In this document: positions 9,628 through 20,086 of the stretch, one piece after another
How the letters are laid out: each line of letters opens with the position of its first letter
Position numbering within the stretch: position 1 is the first letter of the stretch
From: Candidatus Omnitrophota bacterium
GTDB lineage: Bacteria; Omnitrophota; Gorgyraeia; 1-14-0-20-64-10
Reading direction: 5' to 3'
Length of the DNA: 64,000 nucleotides
Assembly: GCA_023818695.1 (NCBI GenBank)
Contig: JAMWCF010000001.1
Span: 3,538 to 67,537 of the forward strand
Program-made: the position numbers and the translations under genes
The notes under the pieces: generated by a model
Seen by the model: the letters and a program-made list of their open reading frames with translations, nothing else
Told to the model about the DNA's origin: nothing
Databases searched by the model: none

Positions 9628-10923
9628 ATGATACCCCGCTACACCCCACCCGACATTGGCCGGATTTGGACGGAGGAGTATCGCTTCCAAAAGATGCTGG
9701 AGGTCGAGCTCCTGGCGTGCGAAGCTCTATCCCGGCTGGGCATCGTGCCGGCCGCCGCCGTTCGGCGGATTCGGCGCAAGGCCAAACTGGACGTTCAGCG
9801 GATCGGAAAGAGGGAAGGAAGGACCCGCCATGATGTGGTGGCTTTCCTGGAGGAGCTGGCGCACCATGTGGGACCGGATGCCCAGTACCTTCATCTGGGA
9901 TTGACCTCCAGCGATGCCCTGGATACCGCCACCGGCGTTCAGCTGAAAGAGTCGGTCGCCATCCTCCTGCGCGATCTGGAGAAACTGCGGCGCGCTGTCC
10001 GGCGGAAGGCGATTCGCTACAAGCAGACCGTCTGCATGGGTCGCACGCACGGCGTTCACGCGGAGCCGACCACCTGGGGGTTGAAGCTGGCCGTCTCCTA
10101 TGCCGAGTTGACCCGGGCCCTGCGGCTTCTTTCCGACGCGGGCAAACAGGTGTCGGTGGGAAAAATTTCAGGCGCCGTCGGAACATACGCCCATCTGAAC
10201 CCCGCCGTCGAAAAATACATCTGCCGGAAGCTGGGCTTGACCCCCGCGCCGATCTCCACCCAGGTGGTGCCCCGGGACGGCTATGCCGTTTTCCTCTGCG
10301 CTGTGGCGGCGGTCGGCGGCATGCTGGAGCGGTTCGCCACCGAGATACGGCACCTGCAGAGGACGGAGGTCCTGGAGGCGGAAGAGCCGTTCGGGCAGGG
10401 GCAGACCGGCTCCTCCGCGATGCCGCATAAGCGCAACCCGGTCGCCTGCGAGCGGGTGAGCGGGCTGGCTCGCCTTCTGCGGGGCTACGGCGTGGCGTCG
10501 CTGGAGAACATCGCCCTGTGGCATGAGAGGGACATTACCCACTCCTCGGTGGAGCGGGTGATCCTGCCGGATGCCGTGATTGTTCTGGATTACATGCTGC
10601 TGGAAATGACCCGGGTGGTGCAGGGAATGAAAGTCTATCCGCAGAGGATGCGTTCGAACGTCGGCCTGACCCGCGGGCTGATTTTCTCGGAATCGGTGCT
10701 GCTGGCTTTGATGAAGAAAGGATTGACACGGGTGGAGGCGTACAAGATCGTCCAGCGCAACGCCTTGGCCGCCTGGAAGGGGGGGGCCGATTTCCAGACC
10801 CGTCTGCGGGCGGACCGGGACGTCTCGACACGATTGAGTCGGAGGGAGCTGGAGGGCTGTTTTGATTTGAAGCGGCACACAAAGCATGTGAATTTCATTT
10901 TCAGACGGGTAGGGCTTTCCTGA
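9628..10923 (+). CDS. purB: Adenylosuccinate lyase
   Basis: MIPRY start, GRTHGVHAEP, GSSAMPHKRNP. Confidence 0.97.
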   Translation: MIPRYTPPDIGRIWTEEYRFQKMLEVELLACEALSRLGIVPAAAVRRIRRKAKLDVQRIGKREGRTRHDVVAFLEELAHHVGPDAQYLHLGLTSSDALDTATGVQLKESVAILLRDLEKLRRAVRRKAIRYKQTVCMGRTHGVHAEPTTWGLKLAVSYAELTRALRLLSDAGKQVSVGKISGAVGTYAHLNPAVEKYICRKLGLTPAPISTQVVPRDGYAVFLCAVAAVGGMLERFATEIRHLQRTEVLEAEEPFGQGQTGSSAMPHKRNPVACERVSGLARLLRGYGVASLENIALWHERDITHSSVERVILPDAVIVLDYMLLEMTRVVQGMKVYPQRMRSNVGLTRGLIFSESVLLALMKKGLTRVEAYKIVQRNALAAWKGGADFQTRLRADRDVSTRLSRRELEGCFDLKRHTKHVNFIFRRVGLS

Positions 10924-13883
10924 TGGGTTCCGACCGGCCCAGAACCACAACCGGTACCTGCTGGCGGTTCGTCGTCCGCCAGAAAGAGGAGTTCCCGGAG
11001 CCGTCGGGAAGGGGGCTCAAGGGGGATATCCAGGACCTGGGGATCACCGCCGTCGAGGAGGTCCGGGCGGCCTCCGTTTACTACTGCGCCGGCTCTTTGA
11101 GCCCCGGGGATCTTCAGCGGATCGCCCGTTCCCTTCTGGTCGACCCGATCACACAGGAGGCGGAGATTCAGGAGCTTTCTCTGGAAAAAGAAGGGGCCGC
11201 CGTTTCCTCGGAAGAGATCTTTCGTGTTGAGGACGGAACTGTCACGGTCGAGGTCGGCTACCGTCCGGGCGTCAGGGATCCTGTGGAGGAGTCGTTCAAG
11301 AGGGGGGCGCTGGAGCTGGGCATCCGCGGCCTGCAGAGAGTGCATACCGCTGTTGAATACGCCTTGAAGGGCCGGCTCGACGCCGGGACGGTCGACCGGA
11401 TCTGCGAGAAGCTCCTGGTCAACCCCACCATCCAGCAGGTGGTGACGCCGGAACATATCCGGCTGCTGTTCCAGGGGGTCGCGCCGACGCCGATCCCGAT
11501 TGAATCGGTCCCCATTCTGCAGGCCAATGACACCGTGCTGCAGCGGATCGGCATGGATTACCAGCTGTCCTTGAACCTGGAGGAGATGCGGGCCATCCAG
11601 GCCTATTACCGGCAGGAAAAAAGGGAACCGACTCTCATCGAGCTGGAGACGCTGGCGCAGACCTGGTCCGAGCACTGCAAGCACAAGACCCTGCGGGGGC
11701 CGATCGTCTACACTGAAGAGACCCCTTCCGGTCCCCGCAAGAGGACGATCCCCTCTCTCCTGAAGGAGACGATCGTCAAAGCGACCGAAGAGCTGGCTAG
11801 GCCCTGGTGCGTTTCCGTTTTCGAGGACAACTCCGGCGTGATCCGGTTCGATGAGGAGTATCACGTCTGCTTCAAGGTGGAGACCCACAACCATCCCTCC
11901 GCTTTGGAGCCGTTCGGCGGCGCCGCCACCGGCATCGGCGGGGTGATCCGGGATATCCTGGGGACCGGCCTGGGGGCGAAACCCGTCGCCTCCACCGACG
12001 TTTTCTGTTTCGCGCCGCCGGACACCCCCCCGGAGAAGGTGCCTCCCGGTATGCTTCATCCGCGCCGGATCATCAAAGGGGTGGTGGCCGGCGTCAAGGA
12101 TTACGGAAACAAGATGGGGATCCCGACGGTCAACGGTTCGGTCCTTTTCGATGAGCGCTTTGTGGGAAACCCGCTTGTCTATTGCGGCAACGTCGGCCTT
12201 CTGCCGAAGGACAAAGCGGTCAAGGAGGTTCGGCCCGGCATGGCGGTGGTCGCCGTGGGCGGGCGGACCGGGCGGGACGGCATCCATGGCGCCACCTTCT
12301 CATCGATCCCCTTGAGCCAGGAGTCGGAGGTCATCTCCTCCACTGCCGTCCAGATCGGAGACCCGATCACCGAAAAAAGGTTGGCCGACGCGCTGCTGGA
12401 GGCGAGGGACGAAGGTCTTTATGCCGCCGTGACCGATTGCGGGGCAGGCGGTTTCTCCAGCGCGGTGGGGGAAATGGGGGCCGGCTGCGGCGTCCGGATC
12501 TACCTGGAGAAGGTCCCCCTGAAGTATGAGGGTCTGACGCCGGCGGAGATCTGGATCTCGGAATCGCAGGAGCGGATGGTGCTGGCGGTCCCGCAGGCGA
12601 ATCTGGAGCGGCTCATCGCGCTCTTCGGCCGCCATGGGGTGGAGGCGGCGGCGATCGGCGAATTCACGCAGACCGGCCGGCTTGAGCTTTACCACAAGAC
12701 GGAGATGGTTGGCCAGCTGGATATGAAATTTCTGCATGAGGGGGTCCCACAGGTTGTCCGCCCGGCCCGCTGGACGCCGCCGTCTCTTCAAGAGCCGGTG
12801 ATCCCCGCCGCGGCGGAGCTGACCGGGGACCTACTGACCCTGTTGGGCCGGTGGGAGACCTGCAGCAAAGAATGGATCATCCGGCGCTACGACCATGAGG
12901 TGCAGGGGGGGTCGGTTTTAAAGCCGCTGACCGGCGTCCGCCACCAGGGACCTTCGGACGCGGCGGTCCTGCGTCCCCGCCTGGACTCGAAGAAAGGGAT
13001 CATCCTCTCCAACGGCATCAATTTCCGGTACGGGGATATCGACCCCTATTGGATGGCGGTCCTGGCGGTGGAGGAGGCGCTCCGGCAGGTGGCGGCGGTC
13101 GGCGGTTCGCTGGACCAGGCGGCGATTCTGGACAATTTCTGCTGGGGGGACCCGACCCGGGTGGAGGTGCTGGGGTCCCTGGTGCGGGCCGCGTTCGGCT
13201 GTTACGACGCGGCGGCGGCCTTCGGGACGCCGTTCATTTCCGGCAAGGATTCTCTCCACAACGAATACCGGTTCCAGGAGAAGACGATCCAGATCCCGGG
13301 AACCCTGTTGATCTCCGCCATCGCCGTCATCCCGGATGCCGGCGCCGTCGTTTCGATGGATGCCAAGAAAGCCGGCAGCGCCCTGTACCTGACAGGCGTC
13401 ACGAAAGCGGAATTGGGAGGTTCCTCTTATTACCATTCCAAAGGGTTTCTGGGATCATCGGTTCCCCGTGTCGATCTTCAGAAGGCGCCGGCGATCCTGC
13501 GACTCGTCTCCAGATCGATCCGGGAAGGAATGGCGATTGCCGCCCACGATCTTTCCGAAGGAGGGCTCGGCGTGGCGGCGGCGGAGATGGCTTTCGCCGG
13601 AGGAATCGGGATGAGCATCGATCTGCGGGAGGTCGTGCGTCAGGAGGGGATGAGGGATGACCAGATCCTTTTTTCAGAGTCTCCCACCCGTTTCCTGCTG
13701 GAAGTTCCGGCGGAGAAAGAGGAGGCATTCCGGACGTTGTGGAAAGGGCATCCCTGCGCCCGGATCGGCCGCATGGAAGGGATCCCGGTTTTTCGTGTCA
13801 CTGGATTATCAGGCCGGCAGGTCGTGCAGGCCCCTCTGGGGACTTTGCAGGAGGCCTGGCAGCGCCCGTTCCAGGGGTGGTGA
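10923..13883 (+). CDS. purL: FGAM synthase PurL with fused N-terminal PurS-like domains
   Basis: WSEHCKHK, KVETHNHPS, GRDGIHGA, SESQERM; two PurS-like modules ending LLVDPI and LLVNP. Confidence 0.95.
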   Translation: MGSDRPRTTTGTCWRFVVRQKEEFPEPSGRGLKGDIQDLGITAVEEVRAASVYYCAGSLSPGDLQRIARSLLVDPITQEAEIQELSLEKEGAAVSSEEIFRVEDGTVTVEVGYRPGVRDPVEESFKRGALELGIRGLQRVHTAVEYALKGRLDAGTVDRICEKLLVNPTIQQVVTPEHIRLLFQGVAPTPIPIESVPILQANDTVLQRIGMDYQLSLNLEEMRAIQAYYRQEKREPTLIELETLAQTWSEHCKHKTLRGPIVYTEETPSGPRKRTIPSLLKETIVKATEELARPWCVSVFEDNSGVIRFDEEYHVCFKVETHNHPSALEPFGGAATGIGGVIRDILGTGLGAKPVASTDVFCFAPPDTPPEKVPPGMLHPRRIIKGVVAGVKDYGNKMGIPTVNGSVLFDERFVGNPLVYCGNVGLLPKDKAVKEVRPGMAVVAVGGRTGRDGIHGATFSSIPLSQESEVISSTAVQIGDPITEKRLADALLEARDEGLYAAVTDCGAGGFSSAVGEMGAGCGVRIYLEKVPLKYEGLTPAEIWISESQERMVLAVPQANLERLIALFGRHGVEAAAIGEFTQTGRLELYHKTEMVGQLDMKFLHEGVPQVVRPARWTPPSLQEPVIPAAAELTGDLLTLLGRWETCSKEWIIRRYDHEVQGGSVLKPLTGVRHQGPSDAAVLRPRLDSKKGIILSNGINFRYGDIDPYWMAVLAVEEALRQVAAVGGSLDQAAILDNFCWGDPTRVEVLGSLVRAAFGCYDAAAAFGTPFISGKDSLHNEYRFQEKTIQIPGTLLISAIAVIPDAGAVVSMDAKKAGSALYLTGVTKAELGGSSYYHSKGFLGSSVPRVDLQKAPAILRLVSRSIREGMAIAAHDLSEGGLGVAAAEMAFAGGIGMSIDLREVVRQEGMRDDQILFSESPTRFLLEVPAEKEEAFRTLWKGHPCARIGRMEGIPVFRVTGLSGRQVVQAPLGTLQEAWQRPFQGW

Positions 13884-13886
13884 GAT

Positions 13887-14675
13887 ATGGCCGCCGCCGT
13901 GAAGGTTGCCGTTTTGAAGGGGCCCGGGACGAACTGCGATCAGGAGACTGCCTTCGCCTTTGAGCAGGCCGGGGCGCGGCCCGATTTTGTCTGGATCGAG
14001 CAGTTGAAAGAGAACCCGGCGGTTCTCTCCGGCTACCAGATCCTGGCTATCCCGGGGGGGTTCACCTACGGCGACGACCTGGGGGCGGGCCGCCTGATGG
14101 CGAATGAATTGACCGGCCGGCTGAAAGATGCGCTGGTTGACTTCCTAAAGCAGCAGAAACTGGTGATCGGGATCTGCAACGGGTTCCAAGTGCTCGTCAA
14201 AGCCGGGATCCTGCCGGGCGGCGCCGTGGGGTCGCCGCAGGAGGCGACGCTCACCTTCAATGATTCCGGGAAGTTTGAGGACAGGTGGGTTTATCTGCGC
14301 CAGGAGTTCAACGTCTGCGTCTGGACGCAGGGGATGGAGGAGCTGCTGGAGCTGCCGGTTGCGCACGGAGAAGGGAAGTTCGTCGTGAAAGACCAGACCG
14401 TTCTGGAGCAGCTGCTCGGTTACGGGCAGATCGCTTTCCATTACTGTGATCCGCAGGGCAATGAAGCGGGCTATCCCTGGAACCCCAACGGCTCGGTGGG
14501 GGCGATCGCCGGCATCTGCGACCCCTCCGGCAGGATTTTCGGGCTCATGCCTCATCCGGAACGGCACATGTTCGCTTTGCAGCATCCCCGATGGCAGCGG
14601 GAGGGACTGGCCGGTCCGGGACAGGGTCTGCGGATCTTCAGGAACGGCGTCGAATGGGTTCAGAAACGAGGATAA
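13887..14675 (+). CDS. purQ: FGAM synthase glutaminase subunit
   Basis: PGGFTYGD, GICNGFQ, MPHPER. Confidence 0.97.
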   Translation: MAAAVKVAVLKGPGTNCDQETAFAFEQAGARPDFVWIEQLKENPAVLSGYQILAIPGGFTYGDDLGAGRLMANELTGRLKDALVDFLKQQKLVIGICNGFQVLVKAGILPGGAVGSPQEATLTFNDSGKFEDRWVYLRQEFNVCVWTQGMEELLELPVAHGEGKFVVKDQTVLEQLLGYGQIAFHYCDPQGNEAGYPWNPNGSVGAIAGICDPSGRIFGLMPHPERHMFALQHPRWQREGLAGPGQGLRIFRNGVEWVQKRG

Positions 14676-14678
14676 GCC

Positions 14679-16118
14679 ATGGGTGAGGATCTGAAGGAGC
14701 ACTGCGGGCTGTTCGGGATCTACAACCATCCCGAGGCCGCCCGTCTGACCTACATGGGGCTTTTCTCCCTTCAGCACAGGGGAGAGGAATCGGCCGGCAT
14801 CGTTTCCTCCGATGGCCGGACGCTGTATAAGCATGTGGGGATGGGCCTGGTCGAGGAGGTCTTCTCCGAAGAGGACCTGAACCTTCTGAAGGGCCGTTCG
14901 GCCATTGGGCACACCCGCTATTCCACGACCGGCTCCAGCTTGTTGAGGAACGCCCAGCCGCTGCAGGTCGATTTTTCCAGGGGATCCCTGGCGATCGCGC
15001 ACAACGGCAACCTGATCAACGCCCTTTTCCTGCGGGACGAGCTGGAGGCCCACGGCTCCATCTTCCAGACGACGATCGATTCGGAGGTGATCCTTCACCT
15101 GCTGGCCGATCCGCGCTACGCCCATTTCGAAGAGGCACTGACCGACAGTCTGCTCAAACTCAAAGGGGCCTTTTCGCTCATCCTCTTGAGAGAAGATGAG
15201 TTGATCGGCGTCCGGGACCCCAACGGCTTTCGCCCGCTGTGCCTGGGCAGGTTGGGGGACTCGGCGATCCTGGCCTCGGAAACCTGCGCCCTGGACCTGC
15301 TGGGGGCCGAGTTCGTGAGGGAGGTGGAGCCGGGGGAGGTGGTGATCATCAACCGGGACGGCATCCGCAGCGTAAGACCTTTCCCGCCCACCCAGCACTC
15401 CCACTGCATCTTCGAGCATGTCTACTTCGCGCGCCCCGATTCTTATGTTTTCGGGGAGTCGGTCCACCAGGTCCGCCAGCAGCTCGGCCGCCGGTTGGCC
15501 AAGGAGCATCCCGCCGACGCCGATGTCGTAATTGCCATCCCGGACTCGGGGAACTCCGCGGCGCTGGGCTACTCCCTGGAGTCAGGGATCCCCTTCGAGG
15601 TCGGCATGACCCGCAACCACTACGTGGGGCGTACCTTCATCCAGCCCAGCCAGCAGACCAGGGATTTCCAGGTCCGGATGAAGTTCAACCCGGTCAAGGC
15701 CACGCTGGCCGGCAAGAGGGTGGTAGTGATCGACGATTCGATCGTTCGGGGAACCACCTGCAAGGTTCGCTTGAAATCGATCCGGGCGGCCGGCGCCAAG
15801 GAGATCCACATGAGGGTCTCGTGCCCTCCGATCATGCACCCCTGCTTTTACGGCATCGATTTTCCGACGAAAAAGGAGCTGATCGCCTGCAGCCATTCCG
15901 TCGAGGAGATCCGAAAATTCCTGGAGGTGGATTCGCTCGGTTTCATTTCGCTGGAAGGGTTGTTGAGCGCCGTGAAACAAAGAAGCAGCTACTGCACGGC
16001 CTGTTATTCCGGCAAGTACCCGCTTCCTTTCGGGAAAGAGGCCAGCAAATATATCCTGGAACGGAAATTCGCGGGTGAGGCCAGACCCGCGTCGGCCGGC
16101 GAGCGGGACCCGAAATGA
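14679..16118 (+). CDS. purF: Amidophosphoribosyltransferase
   Basis: Short propeptide then CGLFG; QHRGEES; DDSIVRGTT; Fe-S cysteines (CTAC). Confidence 0.97.
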   Translation: MGEDLKEHCGLFGIYNHPEAARLTYMGLFSLQHRGEESAGIVSSDGRTLYKHVGMGLVEEVFSEEDLNLLKGRSAIGHTRYSTTGSSLLRNAQPLQVDFSRGSLAIAHNGNLINALFLRDELEAHGSIFQTTIDSEVILHLLADPRYAHFEEALTDSLLKLKGAFSLILLREDELIGVRDPNGFRPLCLGRLGDSAILASETCALDLLGAEFVREVEPGEVVIINRDGIRSVRPFPPTQHSHCIFEHVYFARPDSYVFGESVHQVRQQLGRRLAKEHPADADVVIAIPDSGNSAALGYSLESGIPFEVGMTRNHYVGRTFIQPSQQTRDFQVRMKFNPVKATLAGKRVVVIDDSIVRGTTCKVRLKSIRAAGAKEIHMRVSCPPIMHPCFYGIDFPTKKELIACSHSVEEIRKFLEVDSLGFISLEGLLSAVKQRSSYCTACYSGKYPLPFGKEASKYILERKFAGEARPASAGERDPK

Positions 16119-17119
16119 AGACTTACAAACAGGCGGGCGTCGATGTCGGCGGGGCCGACCGCTTTATCCGGGTCATCGGCTTGATGGCGAAGCGGACCGG
16201 CCGCCACGGCGTGATCCAGGGGATCGGCTCCTTCGGCGGTCTTTTTCATCTGAATTCAGGGGCCGGGCATGACTCGGTTCTGGTGGCCTCCGCCGACGGG
16301 GTCGGCACAAAACTGTGTTTGGCTCGACTGGCCGGCTCTTACGGCTCCCTGGGGATCGATCTGGTGGCTATGAACGTCAACGACATTCTCTGCACAGGCG
16401 CCAGGCCCCTCTTTTTCCTGGACTACATAGCTGCCGGCAAACTCAAGCCGCGGGTTCTCATGCAGGTGATTCAGGGGATCGTCGAGGGCTGCCGTCAGGC
16501 CGGCTGCGTCCTTCTGGGGGGAGAAACCGCGCAGATGCCCCTGCTGTACAAGCCGGACGATTTCGACCTGGCCGGATTCGCGGTCGGCGTCGTCCAGCGG
16601 GGAGCGATCATTCAGGGGAAGGGAATCCGCCCCGGCGATCTGCTGGTGGGGCTCGCTTCCAGCGGGGTGCATTCCAACGGTTTTTCGCTGGTCCAGAAGG
16701 TTTTGTCGGCGAAAACGCTGAAGGCGAATGCGGTCGAGCTTTTAAAGCCGACCCGTATTTACGTCCGGCCGGTCCTGGACCTGATCCGGCGGGTGCCGGT
16801 CAAGGGGATCGCCCATATCACGGGCGGTTCGTTTGAAGGGAAACTGCCGAGAATTTTACCGGAAGGGTGCTCGGCGGTTTTAAAGCGCGGCAATTGGAAA
16901 GTTCCCCCTGTTTTCGGTCTGATCCGGGCCGGGGGGGTCTCTTCCGGGGAGATGTACCGGACGTTCAACATGGGGATCGGGATGATCCTGGTCCTTTCAC
17001 CCTCCCGCGCGGCGCAGGCCCGCCGGGTGCTGGACCGCCACCGCCTTGCCAACTGGGTGGTGGGCGAAGTTGTTGCGGGGCGGGGGAAAAGGGTTTTCAT
17101 CGAGGAGGGACGGGGTTGA
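16115..17119 (+). CDS. purM: AIR synthetase
   Basis: YKQAGVD, DGVGTK, GGETAQMP, HSNGFSL, TFNMGIG. Confidence 0.97.
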   Translation: MKTYKQAGVDVGGADRFIRVIGLMAKRTGRHGVIQGIGSFGGLFHLNSGAGHDSVLVASADGVGTKLCLARLAGSYGSLGIDLVAMNVNDILCTGARPLFFLDYIAAGKLKPRVLMQVIQGIVEGCRQAGCVLLGGETAQMPLLYKPDDFDLAGFAVGVVQRGAIIQGKGIRPGDLLVGLASSGVHSNGFSLVQKVLSAKTLKANAVELLKPTRIYVRPVLDLIRRVPVKGIAHITGGSFEGKLPRILPEGCSAVLKRGNWKVPPVFGLIRAGGVSSGEMYRTFNMGIGMILVLSPSRAAQARRVLDRHRLANWVVGEVVAGRGKRVFIEEGRG

Positions 17120-18402
17120 GAATTCTTGTCGTGGGTTCCGGCGGCCGGGAACACGCCCTTATCTGGAAGTTGTCCAAGAGCCCGCAGGTCAAAAAGATCT
17201 TTGTGGCGCCCGGCAACGGCGGAATGAAGGACCTGGCGGAGTATCTGCCGCTGTCGGCCGATAAAACCGTCGAGCTGGCCGACTTCGCCCTTTCTTCCAG
17301 GATCGATCTGACGGTGGTCGGCCCGGAATTGCCGCTTGTCTCGGGCATCGTCGATTATTTCCAGTCCCGGGGGCTGAAGATTTTCGGTCCCTCCAAAGCG
17401 GCCGCCCGGCTGGAAGGGTCCAAGGCTTTCGCCAAATCGGTGATGGAGAAGTACGGCGTTCCCACGGCCCGGTGCCAGCTCTTTCAATCGCTTGAAGATG
17501 CCTCGGTTTATATTGAGAGGCATCCCGCCCCCCTTGTCATCAAGGCGGACGGGCTGGCTTCGGGCAAAGGGGTGATCGTCGCCCAGACGAAGGAGGAGGC
17601 GATCCGGGCGGCGACCTCCATCTTGAAAGACCGGATCTTCGGGGACTCGGGCAGGCAGATCCTCATCGAGGAATGCCTGACCGGCCAGGAGCTCTCGGTT
17701 CTGGCGTGCGTCGATGGGAAGAACTTTGTTCTCCTGGACTCCTCCCAGGACCACAAGAGGGCTTACGATGGAGACGTCGGTCCGAACACCGGCGGCATGG
17801 GGGCCTATTCACCCGTTCCGATGGTGGACGACCGGATGATGAAACAGATTGCCAAGACGATCTTTGAACCGGTCGTGCGCGGCATGGCGCTGGAAGGGTC
17901 CCCCTTCAAGGGGATCCTCTACGCCGGCCTCATGCTGACTCCGCAAGGTCCCAAGGTTTTGGAGTTCAATGTCCGGTTCGGCGATCCGGAAGCCCAGGCG
18001 ATTCTCCCGCGGCTGAAGTCCGATTTCCTCGAGTTAATTCTCGCGTCGTTGGAGGGGTGGTTGGACAAATACCAGGTTCAGTGGGATGAGCGCAGCTGCG
18101 CCTGCGTGGTCCTGGCTTCCAAGGGATATCCCGGCTCCTACGATATCGGCAGGGTGATATCCGGTCTTGACAAGGCCGCCGACCTGCCCGACACGATCGT
18201 TTTTCACGCCGGGACGGAGAGCGATAAGGGGCGGCTTCTGACGAAGGGAGGCCGGGTCTTGAACGTCGTTGGCATGGGGCATACGCTGGAGGCGGCGCTG
18301 GAGAAGGCCTACCACGGCGTGGACCTGATCGATTTCGAGGGCAAACAGTACCGGCGCGATATCGGTTCTCACGCTTTGAAATCGAAAATGAGCGTTCGCT
18401 GA
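17116..18402 (+). CDS. purD: Phosphoribosylamine-glycine ligase
   Basis: TTG start with GAGG RBS; GSGGREHAL, GPNTGGMGAY, EFNVRFGDPE. Confidence 0.97.
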   Translation: MRILVVGSGGREHALIWKLSKSPQVKKIFVAPGNGGMKDLAEYLPLSADKTVELADFALSSRIDLTVVGPELPLVSGIVDYFQSRGLKIFGPSKAAARLEGSKAFAKSVMEKYGVPTARCQLFQSLEDASVYIERHPAPLVIKADGLASGKGVIVAQTKEEAIRAATSILKDRIFGDSGRQILIEECLTGQELSVLACVDGKNFVLLDSSQDHKRAYDGDVGPNTGGMGAYSPVPMVDDRMMKQIAKTIFEPVVRGMALEGSPFKGILYAGLMLTPQGPKVLEFNVRFGDPEAQAILPRLKSDFLELILASLEGWLDKYQVQWDERSCACVVLASKGYPGSYDIGRVISGLDKAADLPDTIVFHAGTESDKGRLLTKGGRVLNVVGMGHTLEAALEKAYHGVDLIDFEGKQYRRDIGSHALKSKMSVR

Positions 18403-18427
18403 TGCGGAAAAAGAAAGGAGTCATTTG

Positions 18428-18946
18428 ATGGCCAGGAAAGAACAGAAGCCGGTTGTGGGAATTCTCATGGGGTCCGATTCGGACCTTTCTACCATGCAGG
18501 AGGCGCGGTCCGTTCTGCAGGAAGCGGGTGTTCCGTGCGAAATCAGGGTTCTCTCGGCTCACAGGGCCCCCGAAGACACCGCTTCCTACGCTAAATCCGC
18601 GGCCGGCCGCGGAATCAAGGTGATCATCGCCGGCGCCGGAGGGGCCGCCCATTTGGCGGGAGTGCTGGCTTCCCATACCACCTTGCCCGTGATCGGCGTT
18701 CCGCTGGACGCCACCCTGTTCAAGGGGGTGGATTCTTATCTAAGCACTCTCCAGATGCCGCCGGGGATTCCCGTGGCGACCGTTTCCATCGGCAAGTGGG
18801 GCGCCCGCAACGCCGGCATCCTGGCCATGGAAATCTTAGCTCTCGGCGATAAGAAGCTGTCGGTCTTCCTGAAAGAGTTTAAGTCGAAACTCCGGCAGGG
18901 TGTTCTGGAAAAGGACAGAAAGCTGCAGGAGGCCTGCTGCGGTTGA
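18428..18946 (+). CDS. purE: N5-CAIR mutase
   Basis: MGSDSD, SAHR, AAHLAG, QMPPGIPVATV. Confidence 0.97.
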   Translation: MARKEQKPVVGILMGSDSDLSTMQEARSVLQEAGVPCEIRVLSAHRAPEDTASYAKSAAGRGIKVIIAGAGGAAHLAGVLASHTTLPVIGVPLDATLFKGVDSYLSTLQMPPGIPVATVSIGKWGARNAGILAMEILALGDKKLSVFLKEFKSKLRQGVLEKDRKLQEACCG

Positions 18947-19572
18947 GGACGAAAATCATCAAGGTTGACGCGAACAACCCGGATCCGAAAGTGATCCGGG
19001 AAGCGGCCGATACCCTGCGCCGGGGCGGACTGGTCGCTTTTCCGACGGAGACGGTCTACGGGCTGGGGGCCAGTCTGCAGGACCCGCAGGCGATCCAGGA
19101 GCTGTATCGGGTCAAACAGCGGCCCTTCGAGAAGAAGGTTACCGTTCACATCTGGGATCTTCGGCAGGTGGAAGAGCAGGGGTGCCGAATGAATGAGATG
19201 GCCGCGGAACTGGCCGGCCGGTTTTGGCCGGGGCCGTTGACGGTGGTGTTGAAGCGCCGGGACGGCTCCACCCTGGGGTTCCGGATGCCGGACCACCCGG
19301 TGGCGTTGGCTTTGCTGAAAGAGGCCGACGTGCCGGTGGTAGCCCCCTCCGCGAACCTCTCCGGCTCCCCGGCCCCCCGAAGCGCGCCGGAGGTCCTCCG
19401 GGACCTGTCGGACGAGATCGACCTCCTGTTGGACGCCGGGCCGGCCCCCGTGGGGATCGAGTCAACCGTCCTGGACCTTTCGGGGCCGGTGCCTGTTTTG
19501 TTAAGAGCCGGCGCTTTGTCCTCCGACGTCAGCCGGTATCTTGAGAGGATTGGGGCGAGATCCCCCGGATGA
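18943..19572 (+). CDS. tsaC: L-threonylcarbamoyladenylate synthase (YrdC/Sua5)
   Basis: VAFPTETVYGL, FWPGPLT, PSANLSG. Confidence 0.93.
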   Translation: MRTKIIKVDANNPDPKVIREAADTLRRGGLVAFPTETVYGLGASLQDPQAIQELYRVKQRPFEKKVTVHIWDLRQVEEQGCRMNEMAAELAGRFWPGPLTVVLKRRDGSTLGFRMPDHPVALALLKEADVPVVAPSANLSGSPAPRSAPEVLRDLSDEIDLLLDAGPAPVGIESTVLDLSGPVPVLLRAGALSSDVSRYLERIGARSPG

Positions 19573-20078
19573 AGAAAATCCTTTTTGTATGCACCGGCAA
19601 CAGCTGCCGTTCGGTGATGGCCGAGGGGCTCCTGAAGGATTACTTGAGCAAGAAAGGCAGAACGGATGTCCACGTTCTTTCCGCCGGTGTCAGCGCTTTC
19701 GGGGGGGCCGGTCCGACCCCCGAGACGGTGGAGGTGATGAGGGCGGAGCATATCGATGTTTCCAACCACATCAGCCAGCCGGTCACGCCGCAGCTGGTCA
19801 AAAACGCCGATATCGTTTTCTGCATGGAGCAGTTCCAGAGGGACATCCTGCTGACCCAGATCCCGGAGTCGGCAGGGAAGGTCCACCTGCTCAAGACCTT
19901 CCTGAACAAGCAGAGATTGGCCGATCCGAACATCGCCGACCCGATCGGAAGACCCAAGGAAGTTTACGAATCCTGTCTGATGACGATCAAGGAGGCGGTG
20001 GACCGGGTCGGCCGCTGGATCGTCGGTGAGTCCGGGACCCCGCAGCGGGGGGATGAGAAATGGGAAACGGAAGGGTGA
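19569..20078 (+). CDS. Low-molecular-weight protein (arginine/tyrosine) phosphatase, YwlE-like
   Basis: VCTGNSCRS P-loop; IADPIG; lies between sua5 and rpiB as in the Bacillus ywl cluster. Confidence 0.9.
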   Translation: MKKILFVCTGNSCRSVMAEGLLKDYLSKKGRTDVHVLSAGVSAFGGAGPTPETVEVMRAEHIDVSNHISQPVTPQLVKNADIVFCMEQFQRDILLTQIPESAGKVHLLKTFLNKQRLADPNIADPIGRPKEVYESCLMTIKEAVDRVGRWIVGESGTPQRGDEKWETEG

Positions 20079-20086
20079 AGGCCGGC

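Noticed and set aside
10635-12287. Long antisense ORFs (this 550-aa one, also 14145-15509, 31683-33032, 51392-52762 and others)
   Set aside because: Shadow frames opposite well-conserved genes, expected in high-GC DNA; no recognisable motifs
16867-17115. N-terminal extension of PurD in the ORF track (similar extensions on purB, hisG and the TamB-like gene)
   Set aside because: Overlaps upstream genes or promoters; downstream starts match family N-termini and RBS positions
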